64,000 nucleotides of DNA from Eledone cirrhosa. Lineage: Eukaryota. Position 1 is the first letter of the stretch, and each line of letters begins with the position of its first letter. Position numbers and translations under genes: made by a program. Below are positions 53,590-64,000 of the stretch, piece after piece. The notes below the pieces were generated by a model. The model saw only the letters and a list, made by a program, of their open reading frames with translations, was not told where the DNA came from and did no database searches. The stretch spans positions 371,132,001 to 371,196,000 of the forward strand of contig OZ024741.1 in the NCBI GenBank assembly GCA_964016885.1, read 5' to 3'.

Positions 53590-54420
53590 TTCCACTGCCT
53601 CTATATTGCCTCCGTCGACCTCAACATGGCTTTCAACATGGTCAACCATGCATCCGTCTCGAAAATTCTTCAGCTTGTTGGCACACCTCCCAACCATTCC
53701 AACGGCTCTATAGCAGTGTTCAGAGCTGCATGAGGGTGAACGGGAAGGACTCCAACTGGTATCCCATCAACAGCAGGTTCAGACAGGGCTGCATGGGAGG
53801 AATCAACAAAGCTTGGCAAAGACAAAGCTGATGCATGTCAGCAATGACCCAGATCCTCCTCCGTTTCATATTGATCTCAACGCCGTGGAGTTTGTTAGTT
53901 CTTTCATTTACCTAGGCTCGACTGTCATCAACAATGGAGAACTGACCCCAGAAATCAACCGCAGATGTAGCTTGCACTTCATATGGAAGCCCATATTTAC
54001 AATGCATCGGTCCTCTCCGTTCTCCTCTATGGAGCACAAACATGGCCCTGGCAAAGAAGATCGACAGCTTCAATAGCAGAGTCCTGAGGATCATTAAAAA
54101 CATCAGATTGACCACCACATTTCCAACAAAGTGTTGCGTGCGCGCATGCATCAGCTCAGAGCTTCCCGCTGGATATGTCCTCTGCTTTCCACCAGATCAT
54201 CCTACCAGGGCCTTACTCTCATTTGACACAGTGGCTGCAGGATGGTAGAGGCCATGTGGCAAGCCCTGTACCAGATGGCTGGATGTCATCAGGGAAGATC
54301 ATCAAGGCTTGACATCACATTAGAGGATGCAGAGGAGCTAACAATGGAGGGTACTGGCATGATGATGCTTCTGGGATCACTGGCTTAGAATGATGCCAGC
54401 TTGTCGAGCAAGAAGAAGAG
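53590..54420 (+). mobile_element. Decayed RTE-clade LINE fragment (third family)
   Basis: LYIASVDLNMAF, RQGC, VSSFIYLGS..EINRR, GKPCTRWLDVIRED. Confidence 0.7.
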
Positions 54421-54520
54421 ACAAGTATAGGGTTTAAGATAATTACTTGTTACCTTCCACCAAAATGTCTGGCATTTCTGTATGTAAGATATCATTCTAT
54501 TCAACCTGTCCATTGCCATA

Positions 54521-54722
54521 CAAGAGCCAGCTGAAAAGTTCAAATGATGACCAAGATACTCTCATGGAAGGACCAAATGAGGTTTATTTTTTAACATAGT
54601 CCCTGGAAAGAAACAATGCAGTTATTAATATGAAGAGTTGAAATTAATATATGCAAGATTTCACAGCTCTAGCATCACTCCTTCATAGTCAGCCTATGAA
54701 CTTCATAGTCAGCCTACCCTTG
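54521..54722. mobile_element. Mariner-type MITE, same TIR family as 17496-17550
   Basis: TA|caagagccagctgaaaagttca .. gtcagcctatgaactt..cccttg|TA. Confidence 0.65.
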
Positions 54723-55203
54723 TATTTCTAATGAAGGACACTGCTTATCATTTTCAAACCACTTTGAAAATAATGAAGCATTTAGAGAAGCTTAGTAATA
54801 TAACATTCTCAATATTAAGCTGGTATTTGGAACACTCTCCAAGTATTGGTCGTTCTCCGACAGGTTTGCGGTCTATAGTTACTCTATATTTACTATTGTA
54901 TTTTCACGGTAAAGGCTTTATCTTACATAATTATCTCGCATAATATCAAATCTATGAGATTTTGATATTATTTATTTTGAGAACAATACCTTAACATCAG
55001 TATGAGCGGCTGGTTACGGCTGGTTTGAACAGAAAGTGGTGAGAGAATTCTGGCCAGATACGGCCTGCTGGTTTAAATGCTAAAGGAATAAACATTATTG
55101 TCATCTTTCTTCATTTGTTCACACCTCAGTAAACCCTAGTTTCTGAAAGGTCATGTAACAAATTGGCCCCTAACAACACAGTTTCTACCAATTATTATTA
55201 TTA

Positions 55204-55941
55204 CTAGCAGAAAAACCACCCTTCGGGTGGTTTTCTGCTAGCATGTGTGGTGTGTATATTGATATTATACGCAAGTATATATACATGTAGATATGATACA
55301 TCAAATAAAATCGTAATTGACAATATAAACAGAAATTGAACGAAGACTATTGCACTGTCTTATGTAATCAGTAACGTAATCCATGATACATTAAAAAAAG
55401 ACAATATTATGTATAAACTGCATTAGGAGAAAATTAGTGACAGAAAATTAGTATGTTTATTTAAGTGATCGCCACCGGAAGTGTTGACATCACACACTCT
55501 CTCTTTCTATATATATGGTAGTTGAAGTGGTGGTGGTGGCAACGATATACCGGAAGTGCAACTTTGAAAAGAAGTCAATTTTAAATTATTTATTTTTACG
55601 AAATTATTTTTGTTTACGAAATTTAGTAGATAAATTATGTAATATTCATTCTTTATTTATTCAAAGTAATGAATTGGCAGTATCGGTAGAGGGTTGGACG
55701 CCATACTTTCTAGCATAGTTACGTCCCTTTACGATCTGAGTTCAAATCCCGTCGAAGTTAACTTTGCCTTTCATCCTTATGAGGTCGATAAAATAAAGTA
55801 CCAGTAATGTACTGGGGTAATTGCTGGCCTTGTGCCAAAAGTAGAAACAATTATTTCAAAGTAATCCAACTTATTTCACTAACGGGATTAAAAATAAACA
55901 ACATATGCAGTCCCGCAGACCTTCCTTTATTATAGTTTAGA
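55204..55941 (-). mobile_element. Complete non-autonomous Helitron-like element
   Basis: Minus: A|TCtaaactataataaagg .. ccacccgaagggtgg tttttctgCTAG|T; homologous to 18786-19120. Confidence 0.8.
55671..55854 (+). mobile_element. SINE nested in the Helitron, 11-bp TSD
   Basis: TSD ttcaaagtaat at 55660-55670 and 55855-55865. Confidence 0.88.
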
Positions 55942-56369
55942 TTATTATTATCTCTCTCTCTCTCTCTCTCTTCTCCCTCTCACACACACACTCTTTCTAC
56001 TTCTCTCTTTCTATCTCACACTCTCTTTTTACTTCTCTCTTTCTCTCTCTCTCTATATATATATATACACTTATCTCTCTCTCCCCCCCCCCCTCTCTCT
56101 CTCTCACACTCTCTCTACCTTTTGTCAGTCCGATCCAGTAAGTTCTATTTTCTCTGTAAGGTCATATATAAATGAACCTCCTAAACATCTACACTATAAT
56201 ATAACTACCACCCCACCACCCCCCATTCTCACCACTACTAGTCATTCTAGTTTTCTTCATTTTATTTTTCATTTGAATAATATATAATTTGATATAAACA
56301 TTTCAATTAGCCTATATTAAATATGTCCCAGCAACTTAGCTTTCTATGTGAAGATGTTATTGTGGCAGT

Positions 56370-56525
56370 GCAACAGCTACTACTACTACCTTTACCACCA
56401 CCACTACTACAATTACAACCACCTTTACCACCACCACCACCACTGCTACTACTACTACTTCTACTACAACTACTACTAACTTTACCACCACCACCACCAC
56501 TACCACTACTACTACAACCACCTTT

Positions 56526-56564
<39 letters not shown>

Positions 56565-58415
56565 TCTACTACTACTACTGGTGGTGGTGGGGTGGCAGTG
56601 GTGGTATTGTAGGACATCTTCCTGGGTTGTGGGTTCCTGTTGTTGCTAGTGGTGATGGTGGTGGAAAGTTGTTGTTGTTGTTGGTAGTGGTGGAGAGCTG
56701 TTGTTGTTGGTAGTGGTGGAGAGCTGTTGTTGTTGGTAGTGGTAGAGAGCTGTTGGTGGTGGTGGAGAGCTGTTGTTGTTGGTAGTGGTGGAGAGCTGTT
56801 GTTGTTGGTGGTGGTGGTGGAGAGCTGTTGTTGTTGGTAGTGGTGGAGAGCTGTTGTTGGTCGTGGTGGTGGAGAGCTGTTGGTGGTGGTGGAGAGCTGT
56901 TGTTGTTGGTAGTGGTGGAGAGCTGTTGTTGTTGGTGGTGGTGGAGAGCTGTTGTTGTTGGTAGTGGTGGAGAGCTGTTGTTGGTAGTGGTAGAGAGCTG
57001 TTGTTGTTGGTAGTGGTGGAGAGCTGTTGTTGTTGGTAGTGGTGGTGGAGAGCTGTTGTTGTTGGTAGTGGTGGAGAGCTGTTGTTGTTGGTAGTGGTGG
57101 AGAGCTGTTGTTGTTGGTAGTGGTGGAGAGCTGTTGTTGGTGGTGGTGGAGAGCTGTTGTTGTTGGTAGTGGTGGAGAGCTGTTGTTGGTAGTGGTAGAG
57201 AGCTGTTGTTGTTGGTAGTGGTGGAGAGCTGTTGTTGTTGGTGGTGGTGGAGAGCTGTTGTTGTTGGTAGTGGTGGAGAGCTGTTGTTGGTAGTGGTAGA
57301 GAGCTGTTGTTGTTGGTAGTGGTGGAGAGCTGTTGTTGTTGGTAGTGGTGGTGGAGAGCTGTTGTTGTTGGTAGTGGTGGAGAGCTGTTGTTGTTGGTAG
57401 TGGTGGAGAGCTGTTGTTGTTGGTAGTGGTGGAGAGCTGTTGTTGGTGGTGGTGGAGAGCTGTTGTTGTTGGTAGTGGTGGAGAGCTGTTGTTGGTAGTG
57501 GTAGAGAGCTGTTGTTGTTGGTAGTGGTGGAGAGCTGTTGTTGTTGGTAGTGGTGGTGGAGAGCTGTTGTTGTTGGTAGTGGTGGAGAGCTGTTGTTGGT
57601 AGTGGTGGTGGAGAGCTGTTGTTGTTGGTAGTGGTGGAGAGCTGTTGTTGTTGGTAGTGGTGGAGAGCTGTTGTTAGTAGTGGTGGAGAGCTGTTGTTGG
57701 TGGTGGTGGAGAGCTGTTGGTAGTGGTAGAGAGCTGTTGTTGTTGCTAGTGGTGGAGAGCTGTTGTTGTTGGTAGTGGTGGAGAGCTGTTGTTGTTGGTA
57801 GTGGTGGAGAGCTGTTGTTGGTAGTGGTGGAGAGCTGTTGTTGTTGGTAGTGGTGGAGAGCTGTTGTTGGTAGTGGTGGTGGAGAGCTGTTGTTGTTGGT
57901 AGTGGTGAAGAGCTGTTGTTGTTAGTAGTGGTGGTGGAGAGCTGTTGGTAGTGGTAGAGAGCTGTTGTTGGAGGTAGTGGCGGAGAGCTGTTGTTGGTGG
58001 TGGTGGAGAGCTGTTGTTGTTGGTAGTGGTAGAGGTAGAGAGCTGTTGTTGTTGGTAGTGGTGGAGAGCTGTTGTTAGTAGTGGTGGAGAGCTGTTGTTG
58101 GTGGTGGTGGAGAGCTGTTGGTGGTGGTGGTGGTGGAGAGCTGTTGTTGGTGGTGGTGGTGGAGAGCTGTTGTTGTTGGTAGTGGTAGAGAGCTGTTGTT
58201 GGTGGTGGTGGAGAGCTGTTGTTGTTGGTGGTGGAGAGCTGTTGTTGTTGTTGGTGGTGGTGGTGGTGGAGAGCTCTTGTTGTTGTTGGTGGTGGTGGAG
58301 AGCTGTTGTTGCTGTTGCTGTCGTTGTCGTCGTTGTTGTTGTTGGAAAGTTGTTGTTGGTGGTGGTGGTGGAAAGTTGTTGTTGCTGATGATAGTGCTGA
58401 TACTGGTTGTTGTTG
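56370..58415. repeat. (CCA/CTA)n triplets followed by a variable 20-30-bp ggagagc(tgt)n-tggtagtggt minisatellite
   Basis: Direct reading. Confidence 0.95.
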
Positions 58416-59814
58416 TAATTAAGCCCTAGGTCCACCCTCATTAATGAAAAGCATTCTAACTGTGACCATCCCATCTTTTCAGAACATTCTGGGTGGAGGG
58501 AATCTAGGACCATATTTTCTTAAGTGGACTTTTCTAAATTTGTAGAATAAGATTTGTGGAAGATTTTGCTGTTATTTCTAACAAACCAACGAACCACAGG
58601 GAGGACTGCCTTACTGGCTTTAGATCTGTTGTTTTCGATAGTATTGGTAGGGTTGTATGTAGAGGAGTAGCATTGTCTGAGATGCTGGTTACTGTTGCTA
58701 TGACAGCAGTGTTAATGCTCGAGGAAGCTGGTGTAACCATGGATATATTTATGGAAAATTTTTTTTTTAACCAATATTTTATACAAAAACAATTGAATTT
58801 TGTTCTTTGTTTTAATTTATTTTTCTGCTTCTCCTCTACCGACATGTACAGAGTTGGGGGTGAAATGATGTTGGTGGTGAGTGTGGTGGTGGCAGTGGTA
58901 GTGGTTAGCAGAACAGGGATGACAGTGGCATTACCAGTGGTGGTGTTAGTAGCAATGGTATTATCAGTGATCGTGATGGTGATGATAGTGGTGGCGGTGG
59001 TGGTGGTGTAATTAACAACTTAATCTATGCAAAGTTATTGGCAATGCTTAACTTTGGTAAAGTGTAAACATTATCAAGATGATGGAAATGGTAATGGTAT
59101 GAGATATTTGCAGGATGTGTGTATGTATCTGTTGTAGTTCTTGCTGCTGTTGTACTCAAATGAATCAGGCAAGTTGACCTCAGTGGGATTTGAAATCAGA
59201 GTGAGGAGAATTAGAACATTAGAGCAAATACAACAAAGCGTTTTGCCCTGCACTATAACAACTCTGCCAATTTGCTGAGAAAGAGGAAAAATTTCTTATA
59301 GTTTGAAAGATATTGTTATATTTGGGAAAGGTCATGTTATAATATTGCTGAAATATATAATAAAACATACTCACTGTTTGGTTTGGGTTGGTTTTCACGT
59401 CAGTATATTTCATATTTCTATAATTAATTCTGCTGGTAATCAATGTTTATCATTGATTGACCAATAGTTAAAAATACAGATATAAATATAGTCTCTCAGA
59501 GTTCTTACATCACAGACCTGTGACATCATCAGTGATATTATGTTTCCTCATGTTGTATTACTGTAATGTTTTCTTTTTCTATTTTATTTATTTATTTCAA
59601 CACATGATTTCATATCAAAAACCTTGCAAAACAAATTCATTGCCATTGAAAGATATCCTCTGTCCAATGAAGTGAACTATTTAAAATGTTTTAAATATAA
59701 TTTTTAGTTAGCATGCTCATATGACTGTCAATCTAAGTCACTGCTACTCTATTTGGTTGCCGCATTGTAGTATTTGTCAATTTGTTTTCACTCATCATCT
59801 TTGCTTTTTCACAG

Positions 59815-60053
59815 ATATACCAGAAATCTTGTGGATGAAGGCAATGGCAAATATAATTTGATGATCCTCTGTTGGAATGAAAATCAAGGAAGCAGTATCC
59901 ATTCCCATTCAGAATCTCATTGTTTCCTAAAAGTTTTATCAGGATCTGTGAAAGAAGAATTATTTGACTGGCCACAAGATTCCAATGAGGAAGCAGAAAT
60001 GAATAAAAATGCTGAAAGGCATCATGAAGAAAATGCTGTCACTTACATTAATG
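59815..60053 (+). CDS. CDO1: Cysteine dioxygenase type 1, internal coding exon
   Basis: [47 protein letters not shown] matches the animal CDO cupin (Y58, R60, H86, H88, C93 equivalents). Pyrimidine tract + cag acceptor at 59814; gtaaat donor at 60054. Confidence 0.95.
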
Positions 60054-60589
60054 GTAAATTTTCACTGTATTTCTTAGTCTTTTCTGACTTCTGTTTTAAC
60101 TCTAACCTCCTGTAATAGTTTAGCAAAAAATATCTAAAAATGGATTTGTTGATTCATATGTTTATAGTCTCTTTGACAGATCCTTATGAAAATATGCAGT
60201 ATTAAATTAAAAATTTTAATTTTTAATGTGGTACAGTCATATTGCTGTTATATACTTTTGAAGACTGTCTTCAAGACTGTTTCATGTGGTACAGGATGTA
60301 AAGAGTTAAAGTAGATTCTTTGAATTTAGTATTTTACTTGGAATAGTTCACACCTATCATTCACAATGTCTTTTTCATATTCTGACTGAAAATATTCCAT
60401 TTATCAGACATCACTCTCCTTCTTTCCAATACTCTTCTTTCATCACCCTGTCTCCCTTAACATGTAGCTGACTATCACTTTCTGTCTTCCACTGCTCCCT
60501 ATCCTACCACTCTATCACTCTGTTTCATCCTACCTCACTCACACTCGTCATTTTTTTCTCTTCATTCTCTTGGGCACATTTAACTTGAA

Positions 60590-60930
60590 CACACGTTAAC
60601 GTATGTGAGTGATGAAGATTGGATGAACTGAGAAAAAAATGGGTATAAGAGGAATCAGACATAGTTTGCAAGAGAAAAGATTGTGTTGATATGGACATGT
60701 GATGCATATGGATGATGATTGCTGGGTGAAGAAGTACCAAGAAATTCCAGTAGAAGGAAATCACAGTTAAGGAAAACCAAGAAAGACCTGAGCAGAGATA
60801 ATGAAAACTGATTTCAAATCATTTAAGTTCACAAAGATGCTGAAGGAATGCAACAAGTCAAGGGAAGTTGTGCTAGAAAAGACCCATCCAGCCCATGCAA
60901 ACATAGAAAAGCAGACGTAAAATGATGATG
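60590..60930 (+). mobile_element. Decayed RTE family B 3' fragment
   Basis: YGHVMHMDDDCWVKK..; tail gaaaagcagacgtaaaatgatgatg. Confidence 0.8.
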
Positions 60931-61039
60931 ACACAAAGACACCTTTGAGATGAGAAGTCTTGTAGAGGACTAGGCAACCTTTCTAGTGTTGGCACCATGA
61001 TAAAATGCACACAATTCATTCTCACTATCCAAGATGAAT

Positions 61040-61530
61040 GCCAGCAAAAGTAGTGTGGACATCTAGACTTGTAGATAACATGAAAAGGAAGCTCTTTGAA
61101 GCCACTGTTACCTCTGTTCTATTGTATGGCTGTTCAGTATGGACCCTTACCTGAAAACTGGAAAGAAGATTAGATGCAACCTCCATTTGTATGCTAAGAG
61201 TGGCTTTGAATGTCACTAGGAGAGATTTTCTGACCAATGAGCGATTGTATGGGAACCTTCATCCAGTATCAGACATCATCAAAGAGCATAGAGTCAGATT
61301 CACAGAGCATTGTTAGAGAGCTAAAGATGAAATTGTTACTGGAGTTCTTTTGTGGGAGCCTAGACAAGGAAGAGCTAGCAGAGGATGACAAGCCCAGACC
61401 TATATCAAGTAGATTTGTGATGACATAAACAGCAATCCTTCTGACCTGCTGAATATGATAAACAATAGAATTCGATGGTAACGGAAAGTCAAGGGAACCC
61501 AGGCAAGCAGTGTGGCCTATTGATTGAGTG
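61040..61530 (+). mobile_element. Decayed RTEX-like LINE 3' fragment
   Basis: KRKLFEATVTSVLLYGCSVWTLT*KLERRLD..MLRVALN..TNERLYGNL..RVRFTEHC. Confidence 0.75.
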
Positions 61531-61537
61531 ATTGACA

Positions 61538-61920
61538 TTGATTTCTAATTTAGGTACAAAGCCAACAGTTTTGGGATAAAGGGAAAAGTCAATTATGCCA
61601 ACCCCAGCAGCACTTGGCTGCCACTTTAATTTAGTGACCCTGGAAGTATGAAGGACAAAGTTGATCTTGGCCGGATTTGAATTCAGAATGTAAAAAGCCA
61701 GAACTAATACCACAATGGTATTTCATCGATGCTCTACCAATTATTCCCACATCCTGTATAGTTCTAATATTGATTTCTAATTCAGGCACAAGACCAGCAA
61801 TTTATGTGGAGCACGGAAGTCAATTAAATCAACTCCAATATAGGATTTGAACTCAGGATGTAAAAACATAGAACATATACTGCAATGGCATTTTATCCAA
61901 TGATGCTCTACCAATTCTGC
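61538..61920 (-). mobile_element. Two decayed tRNA-derived SINE copies
   Basis: aaagttgatcttggccggatttgaattcag and ggatttgaactcag cores, ttgatttctaa ends. Confidence 0.6.
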
Positions 61921-62867
61921 TAATGTACATTAACACAGATATTACTAAAAGTGCATTAGGTGACTGAAAAACAGCAAACATTCAACAGAAGCCTGAAACA
62001 CAAGACAAATGACATTCACTAGAAAGTGGAAGAGCAGAGCTATTTACAATCAACCCTTCCTTCAATCTTCCTTTTCAACATAACTCTATCATCCCTTGTC
62101 ACTTTTTACTTTCAGTCCTTAATATCTATCTCTCTCCCTCTCTACTCCCCCCTCTCTCGTTATCTCTCTCTCTCGCATCTTTATCTTTCTACTCTATGTA
62201 CTTTACCATTTCATCATTCTCTCTCTCCATTCTCTCTCTCTCTCTCACATTCTACTCCCATTCTCTATTCATCATTCAATCTTCCTCTATATCTAGTTAT
62301 CATTCCACTATCTAACTATTGATCTACCTATCTATCTGTCTACCTATCTATCTATATTTTTGTTATATTTTAGTTTATTTTTATATCTTGTTATTGCCTC
62401 CTCCTTATTGAGGACGCCTTTTTATGTAAACTCCCCCCATTGTACTTGTCCCACTTTTTGATGCCCTGGTGGCAAATAAAAAGAAAGTTATCTATCTATC
62501 TGTCTACCTATCTATCTATCTATCTATTCCTCCTTCCCTCCATCCCTCATTATCATCAACCAGTCTGTTTACATAAACGGTTTCCACTGACCTACCACTA
62601 GTTGCAGAAGCTTCTAATATATATAACCATAACTGCACTGTATGCTATTTGGAAATACCACCCTTATATTCCACCATTTCCTTCCTAGCACAACACCTCA
62701 CCATAGACATACCACTCATTTAACAGTAGCTATGTACTCTATACTCTCCTTTACATTATCAAAACTTTTTGACTGAAAATTGTTCAAAGTGTAAACTTAT
62801 ATATATATGAAGTGGGAAAAGGACTCTTAAAAGTTGGTTATGGGAAGTCAAAAATATATATATATAT

Positions 62868-63140
62868 ATCATCATCATCATCATCATTTAACGTCCATCT
62901 TCCACACTAGATTTGGACGGGAATTTTCCCATTTGAGGCAAGATTGGTTGTCTTGCTCGTATAGGACTGTCTGGCGGGTTTTCTATGGCTGGATGCCCTT
63001 CCTAACACCAACCACGTTTACAGTGTGGACTGGGAGGTTTTTACCGTGTTACCTACACGGCCACATTACAGCGTGGACTGTGTGTTTTTTGTCGTGACAC
63101 CTACACGACCTCATTTATTTAGGACTGGATGTTGTACCAA
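62868..63140 (-). mobile_element. RTE 3'UTR fragment
   Basis: Reverse complement of ~29430-29712. Confidence 0.88.
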
Positions 63141-63649
63141 CATAATTTTGAGATGGGGTTATGTTGGCCATCCACAGCCGAAATAATGAGGAGGTATATA
63201 TATATATATGTGTGTGTGTGTGTTTGTAAATATGTATATAATAGATATAATATACCAAAGTATCAGGCACTAAATGTGTGTGCATGAGTGTAATTGGGCA
63301 AAGGAGAATGGTAATCAAAGCCAGGAATATTTAAGTTAATGAAGCCTGTAAAATTTGATATGATAATAAGCTTGACCTTTTGCTTGTAGGTGTGTGAACT
63401 CTGTCAAAATTTGGTCAGCTAATTGACTGAAATGAAGTTTGTTATTTTCTACAATAGCAATTATGTATAAATAGTTTATACATCATAACAAAGATGTTGA
63501 ATGTAATGGCATAAATCATCACAAATGTCAATTAATAAGCCTGTGCAAGTTGAATCAACCATTGCTAGCTAATGTGTTTGCATGTTTCAAACTACTGACT
63601 GACTGAACAGTGGACCAAATCATGTCTATCTCTGTTATCAATGCTGTTG

Positions 63650-64000
63650 CTGCTTCTTCTTTTTCTTTTTCTTTTTCTTTTTCTTTTTCTTTTTCTTCTT
63701 CTTCTTTCTTCTTCTTTCTTCTTTTTCACTCACATATTCCCAGGAGGGTGTTGGAGGTAGACTCCTCAAGCGTACCTTCCAACAGGTCCTGTCAAAAGCA
63801 ACATATCTTTAATTGCTCTGTCTGGATCCTCCAAGTAAACCAGCTGAGCTCATGGATGTTATCCAACCATCTTGCTTGGAGTCTACCCCTGGATCTCCTG
63901 CCGGCTGCTTTTGGCTGTAAAATCTGTCCAGCAATTCTTTCCTGAGACATTCTAACCACATGTCTGTAGTATCAGAGATGTGATCTCTCAATTCTGCTGC
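63650..64000 (-). mobile_element. RTE/Rex3-like LINE 3' end with GAA-rich tail (continues past window)
   Basis: Minus: IERSHL*YYRHVVRM..RRSRGRLQARWLDNI..LPPTP, then (GAA)n/(GAAAAA)n. Confidence 0.7.

Noticed and set aside
56323-59011. Poly-V/L/P/T/Q/H ORFs
   Set aside because: Products of triplet repeats and the minisatellite.

Overview
AT-rich eukaryotic (animal) DNA, almost entirely repeats. The repeat families look like those of octopod cephalopods (inference from recognition, not a search). The only host-gene sequence I can support is one internal coding exon of cysteine dioxygenase (CDO1-like, 59815-60053, +). The rest is a nested transposon landscape: two Penelope-like elements (Naiad-type RT + GIY-YIG) and solo pLTR fragments in long (TA)n tracts, several RTE LINEs with a PHD-type zinc finger inside the RT region, RTEX, CR1 and R4/Dong fragments, a deleted DD37D (maT) transposon, MITEs, tRNA-derived SINEs and non-autonomous Helitrons. 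Most notable: (i) at least six hammerhead-ribozyme motifs in the first 20 kb, with shared non-canonical stem II features; (ii) a ~565-bp tandem/palindromic unit with a permuted hammerhead-like core; (iii) an R4/Dong insertion flanked by a ~141-bp direct repeat that looks like a giant target-site duplication; (iv) a ~9.5-kb 41-bp satellite inside a Helitron-like element that splits a SINE; (v) an RTE family whose 3' UTR contains the 5' head motif and tail of another RTE family. All folds and alignments were done by eye.
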